A stretch of 64,000 nt of DNA. It comes from an uncultured Flavonifractor sp. (GTDB lineage Bacteria; Bacillota; Clostridia; Oscillospirales; Oscillospiraceae). The notes beneath the pieces are model-generated. The model was not told the DNA's origin and did not search any database. It was given only the letters and a program-made list of their open reading frames with translations. The stretch covers positions 28,130-92,129 of the forward strand of contig CALWXZ010000001.1 of NCBI GenBank assembly GCA_944385625.1, read 5' to 3'. How positions within the stretch are numbered: position 1 is the first letter of the stretch; every line of letters begins with the position of its first letter. A program made the translations under genes and the position numbers. Below are positions 56,850 to 64,000 of the stretch, in pieces.

Positions 56850-58070
56850 ATGAGACCGTTATCAGGGGTAAAGGTGGTGGATCTGACCACCTTTCTGGCA
56901 GCTCCCACCACTTGCCGGGTATTGGGCGAGTGGGGAGCCGACGTAATCAAGGTGGAGTCCCCCTCCGGAGATCCCGGCCGCACCCAGGGTGCCGTGTTCG
57001 GAATGCCCTACGAGGACGAGGAAAATCTGGGCTTTGATATGTCCAACATGAACAAGCGGTTTGTCACCATCAACCTGAAAAATGAGAAGGGTATGGAGGT
57101 GTTTCACCGTCTGCTGGCCGAGGCCGACGTATTCGTCACCAACATCCGCACCAAGTCCCTGGTGAAGATGGGCCTGGACTATGACAGTCTGAAGGAGAAA
57201 TATCCCCGGCTCATCTTTGCCCAGTGCCTGGGCTACGGCGAGAAGGGGCCGGAAAAGGATACCGCCGGCTTCGACGTGACCTGTTATATGGCCCGGGGCG
57301 GCGTATTCGGCACCACCGTCAACAAGGGGGACGCTCCCATGATCCCCACCAACGGCTTCGGTGATTTTCAGGTGTCCATGTGCCTGGCCTCCGGCATCTG
57401 CGCCGCCCTCTTCAACCGCCAGCGCACCGGGGCCGGAGACAAGGTCACCGTCAGCCTCCACCACGCCGCCATCTTTATGCTCAGTACCGCCGTGGTCTCC
57501 GCTCAGTACGGCAACCAGTATCCCAAGAGCCGCCGGGAGGTCATCTGTCCCACCAACAACGTGTTCCGTACCAAGGACCAGAAGTGGGTGGCCCTGTGCG
57601 CCCCCCAGTACGACCGGGACTACAACAAGGTCATGACCCTCATCGGCCGGCCCGATCTGGTGGACCACCCCGACTACTCCAACTGTGACCACATGAACGA
57701 ACTGGGCAAAAATTCCGAGGTGGTGGACATTATGGACGAGGCCATCTCCAAGTTCACCCGGGCGGAACTGCTCAAGCTCTTCAAGGAAAACGACCTGCCC
57801 TGCGAGGCCTGCTATGAGCCGGTGGATATGTACACCGACGAGCAGGTGTGGGCCAACGAGATCATGACCAAGCTGGACTGTCCCTCCGGCCAGCGCAACA
57901 TCGCCACCGCGCCGGTCAAATTCGCCACCAACACGCAGCCCTCCTACAAAGTCACCGCCGCCCAGGGTACGGACACCGCCTCGGTCATGGCGGAGCTGGG
58001 ATACGGCGAGGACGCCATCCGCCAGTATATGGATGAGGGCGCGGTGCGGGGAAAGACCGCGCTGAAGTAA
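56850..58070 (+). CDS. Family III (CaiB/BaiF) CoA transferase, FldA/HadA-like
   Basis: LSGVKVVDL, GADVIKVE, ADVFVTN, GYGEKGP, GFGD (catalytic Asp), VSLHHAAI, QYGN. Confidence 0.9.
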   Translation: MRPLSGVKVVDLTTFLAAPTTCRVLGEWGADVIKVESPSGDPGRTQGAVFGMPYEDEENLGFDMSNMNKRFVTINLKNEKGMEVFHRLLAEADVFVTNIRTKSLVKMGLDYDSLKEKYPRLIFAQCLGYGEKGPEKDTAGFDVTCYMARGGVFGTTVNKGDAPMIPTNGFGDFQVSMCLASGICAALFNRQRTGAGDKVTVSLHHAAIFMLSTAVVSAQYGNQYPKSRREVICPTNNVFRTKDQKWVALCAPQYDRDYNKVMTLIGRPDLVDHPDYSNCDHMNELGKNSEVVDIMDEAISKFTRAELLKLFKENDLPCEACYEPVDMYTDEQVWANEIMTKLDCPSGQRNIATAPVKFATNTQPSYKVTAAQGTDTASVMAELGYGEDAIRQYMDEGAVRGKTALK

Positions 58071-58101
58071 GCGTTCTTATTGTGCAGGACCATGTAAAGG
58101 A

Positions 58102-59391
58102 GTGTATACGTTGAAAAGCAAAAAGTATATTCTCTCTCTGCTGAGCGTCTACCTTGTCTACATGACCCATGGCATTCAGGCCATCGTTCTCTCCCAGAAC
58201 CTGGACCAGTTTGCCGCCCAGTGGGGCACCGATGAGGCCGGGGTATACGCCGTGATCGGCTATACCGGACTGGCCAAATTCATCAGCGTGTGGATCTGCG
58301 GCGAACTCTCTGACAAGATCGGACGTAAAATCATGATTGTTCTGGGCGCCGTCATGTATGTGGGCTTCTTCGGCCTGCTGCTGGGCACTTCCAATCTGGT
58401 GGTTGCCGGCGTGGCGGCCTTCCTGGCCGGCCTGGCCACCTCCTTCTTCGACGGCGCCTGCTATCCTGTGGCACAGGAAACCTGGGTCTCCTCCCCCGGC
58501 ACCGCCGTGATTCTCATCAAAGGTGTAATCTCCGTCAGCGGCCTGATCTACCCCATGCTGGTGGTGGGTCTGCGCAGCTCCGGCAACTGGAAGGCGGGCG
58601 TACTGCTGCCTCTGGTGATGTCGGTCATCGTGCTGGTGGTCTCCCTCATCTCCTCCTACTGCTATGACGACGAGCGCAAGCGCAAAAAGCGGGAGGGCTC
58701 CGCCGCCGAGAGCGGGCAGCAGGGCAAGCTGGACGACGACGCCCAGCGCGGTCTGGCCCGCTTTGTCAGAAAGCCCCCCGCCTTCGTCACCGTGGGCTGC
58801 GCCATCTACGGCTTTATCGCCATGGCGGCCATGTACTCCGGCCAGCAGCTGCTCACCCGCTTCGGCCTGACCATTGTGGGCATGGATGATATCGGCGCCG
58901 CCTCCCTCACCAGCCTGTACACCGGCGGCTCCCTGGCCGCCGTGATTATCTGGGGCGTGTTTATGGCCAAGTTCCGCTGGCGCAACCTGAAGGTTGTCCT
59001 GGTGGATCTGATCGGCGCCGTCGTCTCTTACGCCCTGGTGTGCCTCATCCATGTTGGCATCGTGGTGCAGATTGCAGCCCTGGGCATCGGCTTCTTCGCC
59101 GCCGGCGGCGCGTTGCAGTGCGGCGTCACCCTGATGCAGGAGTTCCACCCCGGCAACAAGGGCCGGAACCTGGGCATCTACTACACCTTCATGGGGGCGG
59201 CCTCCTATGCGCTGCCCGTCATCCAGTCCACCCTCACCGCCAATTCCAACGAGGGTGACGCCATTCTCCAGAGCCTGCTGCTGAACCTGGGCCTCACCGC
59301 GGTGGGCGCAGTGTTCATGCTCTACCTGGCCTTCAACTACAAGAAGTGGTTCGGCGTCAGCGTCATGTCCCCCAGAGGGCCCAACGAGTAA
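58102..59391 (+). CDS. MFS transporter, YdiM/YdiN-like
   Basis: About 12 TM helices, GELSDKIGRK motif A, Y..HG and QF...W.T.EAGV N-terminus like YdiM; likely TTG start at 58111. Confidence 0.85.
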   Translation: MYTLKSKKYILSLLSVYLVYMTHGIQAIVLSQNLDQFAAQWGTDEAGVYAVIGYTGLAKFISVWICGELSDKIGRKIMIVLGAVMYVGFFGLLLGTSNLVVAGVAAFLAGLATSFFDGACYPVAQETWVSSPGTAVILIKGVISVSGLIYPMLVVGLRSSGNWKAGVLLPLVMSVIVLVVSLISSYCYDDERKRKKREGSAAESGQQGKLDDDAQRGLARFVRKPPAFVTVGCAIYGFIAMAAMYSGQQLLTRFGLTIVGMDDIGAASLTSLYTGGSLAAVIIWGVFMAKFRWRNLKVVLVDLIGAVVSYALVCLIHVGIVVQIAALGIGFFAAGGALQCGVTLMQEFHPGNKGRNLGIYYTFMGAASYALPVIQSTLTANSNEGDAILQSLLLNLGLTAVGAVFMLYLAFNYKKWFGVSVMSPRGPNE

Positions 59392-59461
59392 ACCCATAAT
59401 CCGCGGGCAGGGCCTGCGGATCTCCTCACAACCATCGACACAAAGGAGGCACGGTTCATCC

Positions 59462-60514
59462 ATGAAATGGAGAAACAAGATACTGGCCGGCTTCCTGGTG
59501 GCGGTCAGCGTACTGGTGGCCGGTAGGGAGCTGTGGAATACGGTGACCGGCTTGACCGCAGATTATCCGGAAAACGATATCAACGGCTACATTGCCTGGG
59601 CTGCCGGCGGCGCCACCGACACCATCTCCCGCGTAATCGCCATCTGCGCCCAGGACGAGTTGGGCGCCAACATCATCCTCCAGAATAAAACCGGGGCTTC
59701 CGGAGGCATCGCCACGGAATTTGTCTATCAGCAGCCGGCCGACGGCTACTCCCTGCTGTTTAACGCCGAAAATCCGCCCCTGTACGAGGTGATGGACATC
59801 TCCTCCATCACCTACGACCAGTTCTATCCCGTGCTGCTCTTCGGGGCGCAGACCCCGGTGATTATCGTGGCCGCCGACTCCCCCTACCAGTCCATCACCG
59901 AGCTTCTGGACGACGCGGCCCGGCGGCCCGGTGAGATCAGCATCGGCATCACCGGAGCCGGCGGCCTGCCCTTCAACGTGGCCGCCATGCTCCAGGCCAC
60001 CAGCGGAGTGGAGTTCAATCAGATTCCTTTCGACGGCGATTCCGCCGTCGTATCCGCCCTGATGGGCGGCCATGTGGATATCTCGGTGGTCAACTACTCC
60101 GCGGCGGCGGAGCTGGCCCAGGGCGGGCGGCTGCGGATTCTCACCGTCATGGACAACCAGCGCCTGGAGAGCGAGCCCGACATCGAGGCCATCGGCGAGG
60201 TGCTGCCGGAGTATCAGCACTACTTCCCCTGGGGCGCCTTCTTCGGGGTCTTCGTGGACGACCGGTGCAGCGATACCGTGAAGCAGATCCTGACGGACGC
60301 CTTCCGGAGAGCCTACGAGAGCGACACCTTCCAGGCCTATCTTGCGGAGAACTACATCCAGCCGCTGGGCCTGAGCGGGGATGAGGCGAGAAGCTACATC
60401 CAGCGCTGGCAGTCCATCTCCGCGTGGCTGCTGGAGGACGCGGGCGCGGCCGCAGTCTCTCCCGCCGAGGTGGGGATTCCCCGTTTGGAGGAGCTGGAAG
60501 GAGGGAGCTCATGA
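59462..60514 (+). CDS. tctC: Tripartite tricarboxylate transporter substrate-binding protein
   Basis: YP...I...AAGGATD, NKTGASGGIA, PADGYSL, GDSAVVSALMGGHVD. Confidence 0.9.
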   Translation: MKWRNKILAGFLVAVSVLVAGRELWNTVTGLTADYPENDINGYIAWAAGGATDTISRVIAICAQDELGANIILQNKTGASGGIATEFVYQQPADGYSLLFNAENPPLYEVMDISSITYDQFYPVLLFGAQTPVIIVAADSPYQSITELLDDAARRPGEISIGITGAGGLPFNVAAMLQATSGVEFNQIPFDGDSAVVSALMGGHVDISVVNYSAAAELAQGGRLRILTVMDNQRLESEPDIEAIGEVLPEYQHYFPWGAFFGVFVDDRCSDTVKQILTDAFRRAYESDTFQAYLAENYIQPLGLSGDEARSYIQRWQSISAWLLEDAGAAAVSPAEVGIPRLEELEGGSS

Positions 60515-60960
60515 AACAGGGTGAACGTGTGTTCAATTGGATTCTGCTGGCCTTGTCCATTGTCTTTTGCCTGCTCTCCCTGAGCATCACGCCGGTCACG
60601 GAGCTTACGCTGACGTCCGACGGGGCCTACCCTCTTTTCATTTCCTGTCTCAGCCTGCTTTTTGCCCTGTGCATCCTGCTGGACTCCCGAAAGCGCCGCC
60701 GGGCCGGGGCTTCCCAGTCCGACGGCCCAGAGGAGCAGCCGGTGTTCTGCCGGGACGTGGTGGTGATGATCCTGTTTGTGATCATCTATGCCGCCGCCAT
60801 CCTGGTGGTCCACTACATCCTGGCCACCCTTCTGTTTACCATTCTGTCCATCTCCTACCTGGAACAATGGAAGTGGCGCAGGGGGCTGCTGATCGGCTTT
60901 ACATCCACATTTTGGATTGTACTGATCTTCAAGTATTTCTTCAGCGTCATTTTGCCGTAG
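60511..60960 (+). CDS. tctB: TctB small membrane subunit
   Basis: 4 TM helices, YP after TM1, F...F.VILP end; ATG at 60511. Confidence 0.85.
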   Translation: MKQGERVFNWILLALSIVFCLLSLSITPVTELTLTSDGAYPLFISCLSLLFALCILLDSRKRRRAGASQSDGPEEQPVFCRDVVVMILFVIIYAAAILVVHYILATLLFTILSISYLEQWKWRRGLLIGFTSTFWIVLIFKYFFSVILP

Positions 60961-60974
60961 GGGGGTGAGAGTCC

Positions 60975-62441
60975 ATGCTGATACAAATCTGTTTTGTGGC
61001 GCTGGGCGTATTTGCCGGCATCTATGTGGGGGCCATCCCCGGCCTGAGCGTGACTATGGCCACCTCTCTGCTCATCGCCATGACCTATTCCTGGAGTACC
61101 GACACCGCCCTGGCCGTGATGATCGGCGTGTATGTGGGCGGGGTGTACGGCGGCTCCCGCGCCGCCGTGCTGCTCAACATCCCGGGCGCCCCGTCGGCGG
61201 TGGCCACCACCTTTGACGGCTACCCTCTGGCAAAAAAGGGCCTGGCGGGTCAGGCCATCGCCGTCAGCACCCTTACGTCGGTGGTGGGCGGTCTGGTGGG
61301 CACACTGTTTCTCTGCTTTGCCTCCCCCCTGGTCTCCTCCGTGGCCCTGTCCTTCAGCCCCAGGGACTACTTCCTGCTCACCCTGATGGGGCTGATGCTG
61401 GTGGGCAGTCTGGGGGGCAAGTCCATCTGGAAGGGCCTGTTCTCCGCCGCCGCCGGCCTCATGCTGGGGATCGTGGGCATGGACCCCATCAGCGGCCTGG
61501 GCCGGCTGACCTTCGGCAATGTAAATCTGCGGGGCGGGATCAGCTACATCGCTGTCATGATCGGGCTGTTCGGCGTGGGAGAGGCCCTCTTCCAGCTGTT
61601 GCACCGCAACCAGCCCATCGTCCGTCAGAAGGTGGACTCCATCCGTCCACCCAAGAACAAGCTGCTGAAGCTCTTCCCCCTGTCCCTGGGCAGCGGCGTA
61701 ATCGGCACCCTGGTGGGCGCCCTGCCCGGCGCCGGCGGTGAGATCGCGGCCCTGCTGGCCTACGACACCGCCAAGCGGGTGGTCCGCCATCCCGAGGTCC
61801 CCTTCGGAGAAGGGGCCTACGAAGGCGTGGTCGCCCCGGAGTCGGCCAACAACGCGGCGGTGGGCGGAGCCCTCATTCCCATGCTGACCCTGGGGATTCC
61901 CGGGGATTCCGTGACCGCCATCCTCATCGGCGCGCTGGCCATCCACGGCATTCGGGCGGGCCCCATGCTCATGACCGAATCCCCGGACCTGTTTAACAAC
62001 CTTGTGTTCCTGCTGCTGCTGGCCAACATCTTTTTGCTGGTACTGGGCATGATGGGCATCAAGCTCTTTGCCAAAATGGCGGAGATCCCCCGGAATATCC
62101 TGCTGCCCATGATAATCGTTGTCTCGGTAATCGGCAGCTATTCCATCAACAACCTGACCATCGACATTGTCTGGACCCTGGTATTCGGCGTTGTGGGCTA
62201 TTTCATGAAGTATTACGACGTGCCGGTGGGCCCCATGGTATTGGGGCTGATTCTGGGGCCCACCATCGAGGTCAATTTCCGTCGGGCGATTCTGAGCTCC
62301 GGCGGGCTGTTCTCCATGCTGGGGGAAGTGGTCACCAACCCCCTCTCCCTGGTGCTCCTGGTAATTATGGTGCTGATGATCGTCAGCCAGGTCCTGAGCA
62401 GCCGGTCCAAAAACAAGGAGCCAGTCTCCCCCGGGCAGTAA
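60975..62441 (+). CDS. tctA: TctA large membrane subunit
   Basis: GAIPGLS, GGVYGGS...NIPG..S..TTFDGYP, APESANNA, LTLGIPG. Confidence 0.93.
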   Translation: MLIQICFVALGVFAGIYVGAIPGLSVTMATSLLIAMTYSWSTDTALAVMIGVYVGGVYGGSRAAVLLNIPGAPSAVATTFDGYPLAKKGLAGQAIAVSTLTSVVGGLVGTLFLCFASPLVSSVALSFSPRDYFLLTLMGLMLVGSLGGKSIWKGLFSAAAGLMLGIVGMDPISGLGRLTFGNVNLRGGISYIAVMIGLFGVGEALFQLLHRNQPIVRQKVDSIRPPKNKLLKLFPLSLGSGVIGTLVGALPGAGGEIAALLAYDTAKRVVRHPEVPFGEGAYEGVVAPESANNAAVGGALIPMLTLGIPGDSVTAILIGALAIHGIRAGPMLMTESPDLFNNLVFLLLLANIFLLVLGMMGIKLFAKMAEIPRNILLPMIIVVSVIGSYSINNLTIDIVWTLVFGVVGYFMKYYDVPVGPMVLGLILGPTIEVNFRRAILSSGGLFSMLGEVVTNPLSLVLLVIMVLMIVSQVLSSRSKNKEPVSPGQ

Positions 62442-62479
62442 GTCTATCAGGCAATCAGTTGCGGAAAGGACTTGACATT

Positions 62480-63460
62480 ATGAAATATATGCGTATCAAA
62501 GGTCTGGAAAAACCCATCTCCAAGATCATCATGGGCAGCGCCTGGATGACGCTGGAGGATGAAAAGCGGGGCCACGCCATCTTTGACGCCTATTTTGAGG
62601 CCGGCGGCAACGTGCTGGACACCGGCCGGTTCTACGGCCGGGGCTCGGGCATCGCCAAAAGCGAAAACATTGTGGGCAACTGGCTCAAAAGCGCCGGCAT
62701 CCCCAGAGAGGATGTACATATCATCGACAAGGCCGGCCATCCCTTCATCACCCGGGACGGCGTCACCCACTGGGAGCGCAGCCGGATCTGGCCGGAGACC
62801 ATCACCGACGATCTGATGTACAGCCTGGACAACGTGGGGGTGGACTATTTCGACATCTACGAGCTCCACAGAGACAATCCCAAGGTTCCCGTTTCCGACT
62901 TGATGGACCGGCTGGAGTATCACTGCCTGATGGGCCAGATCAAGGCCTACGGCGTGAGTAACTGGCGGCTGGACCGGCTGCAGGAGGCCATTGATTACTG
63001 CAACCACATGGGGTATCAGGGTCTGTCCTGCAATAACCCCTCCTACTCCCTGGCTACCGTCAAGGTGCCCCGCTTCCCCGGCGGGGTATATGCCGACGAT
63101 GCCTATGCCCGCAAGCACAAGGAGTGGGAGCTGCCCATTATCTCCTGGGGCGCCCAGGGGGCCGGCTTCTTCGCCGGCATCTATGATCCCTCCGGCGCCG
63201 GCGTGAACGGCGGCATCATCCAGGCCTATTTCTCGGAGGAGAATTTCAGGAAGCTGGACCGCTGCCGGGAGTTGGGAGCCAAAAAGGGTGTGGACTCCAT
63301 CAATCTGGCGCTGGCCTATATTCTCAACCAGGATTTTGACGTGGCCGCCGTCATCGGGCCCCAGAGCGTGGAGGAACTGCGCTCCTCGCTGGTGGGCGGG
63401 GATCTGGAGCTCACCCCGGCGGAGGTGGCCTACCTGGGTCTGTACAGCGACGTCTGCTGA
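62480..63460 (+). CDS. Aldo/keto reductase
   Basis: GGNVLDTGRFYG (Asp/Tyr), DYFDIYELHRD, GVSNW; ATG at 62480. Confidence 0.88.
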   Translation: MKYMRIKGLEKPISKIIMGSAWMTLEDEKRGHAIFDAYFEAGGNVLDTGRFYGRGSGIAKSENIVGNWLKSAGIPREDVHIIDKAGHPFITRDGVTHWERSRIWPETITDDLMYSLDNVGVDYFDIYELHRDNPKVPVSDLMDRLEYHCLMGQIKAYGVSNWRLDRLQEAIDYCNHMGYQGLSCNNPSYSLATVKVPRFPGGVYADDAYARKHKEWELPIISWGAQGAGFFAGIYDPSGAGVNGGIIQAYFSEENFRKLDRCRELGAKKGVDSINLALAYILNQDFDVAAVIGPQSVEELRSSLVGGDLELTPAEVAYLGLYSDVC

Positions 63461-63475
63461 AAGGAGTGTTCCGGT

Positions 63476-64000
63476 ATGATCTCTGTCAATACAAAGCTGG
63501 TCTGTCTGCTCGGCACACCTCTGGGCCAGAGCCTCTCCCCCAAGATGCACAACGGGGTCTATGAGACGCTGGGCCTGGACTACTACTACTTCCCTGTGGA
63601 GGTGGCCCACAAGGAGGACCTGCCCGTCCTGCTGGTCGCCATCCGCAAGATGAATTTCGCGGGCTTTGCCATCACCAAGCCCTACAAAATCGACATTCTG
63701 GACTACGTGGATCACATCGACCCCCTGGCCCAAAAGATCGGCTCCAGCAACACGGTGGTCCGTGGAGCGGACGGCAGCCTGACCGCCTATAACACCGACG
63801 GCGTGGGCTTTGCCGAGTCTCTGATGGCGGCGGTGGGCCGGGACCTGAGCGCCCACACCCTTTTTGCGCTGGGGGCGGGAGGTGCCTCCCGAGCGGGCAC
63901 CTTTACCGTGGTCCATGAGGGCCTGAAAAAGCTGTATATTACTGATGTGTACCCCCAGGCCGCCCAGTCCCTGGTGCGGGACCTGAAGGAGCGGACCGAC
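63476..64000 (+). CDS. Shikimate/quinate dehydrogenase family protein (truncated by the window end)
   Basis: Manual translation: LLGTPLGQSLSPKMHN, ITKPYK, GSSNTV, YNTDGVG, LGAGGAS. Confidence 0.9.
   Translation, partial: MISVNTKLVCLLGTPLGQSLSPKMHNGVYETLGLDYYYFPVEVAHKEDLPVLLVAIRKMNFAGFAITKPYKIDILDYVDHIDPLAQKIGSSNTVVRGADGSLTAYNTDGVGFAESLMAAVGRDLSAHTLFALGAGGASRAGTFTVVHEGLKKLYITDVYPQAAQSLVRDLKERTD

Noticed and set aside
51102-59391. Bile-acid bai operon or a complete fld/had reductive Stickland pathway
   Set aside because: No BaiCD/BaiH flavoenzymes, BaiE or BaiA, and no 2-hydroxyacyl-CoA dehydratase subunits or activator in the window

Overview
High-GC Firmicute (Clostridia) DNA, most consistent with an Oscillospiraceae gut anaerobe such as Flavonifractor or Lawsonibacter; the taxonomy is inference from gene content. 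Bases 1-50600 are a flagellar/chemotaxis supercluster. It holds flgBC-fliEFGHI, fapA-cheX-cheY, two giant SLH surface proteins, fliK-like/flhB-like/PilZ genes, cheAWRB, a GT2 glycosyltransferase, flagellin, an orphan ParA plus ComFB-domain pair, fliD-fliS, a C39 peptidase, an orphan FtsE-like ATPase, two MCPs, an FtsA-like actin ATPase with beta-grasp repeats plus a lipoprotein, hemerythrin, flgMNKL-DUF6470-fliW-csrA, a degenerate REC-HD-GYP protein and a second PilZ. Seven sigma28-type promoters can be read directly (TTAA/TTAT-N15/16-G[CTA]CGA[TA]A[AT]). Bases 51100-64000 are a LysR-flanking CoA-dependent catabolic cluster: two acyl-CoA dehydrogenases, a FadK-like ligase, a desulfoferrodoxin-like protein, a family III CoA transferase, a YdiM-like MFS, a TctCBA transporter, an aldo-keto reductase and a shikimate dehydrogenase, resembling the E. 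coli ydi locus. No tRNA, rRNA, CRISPR, transposase or recombinase was seen. The best candidates for undescribed systems are the ParA/ComFB module with face-to-face promoters, the FtsE-like/MCP/FtsA-Ubl/lipoprotein operon, and the shikimate-linked CoA pathway. All family calls come from motif recognition, not database searches.
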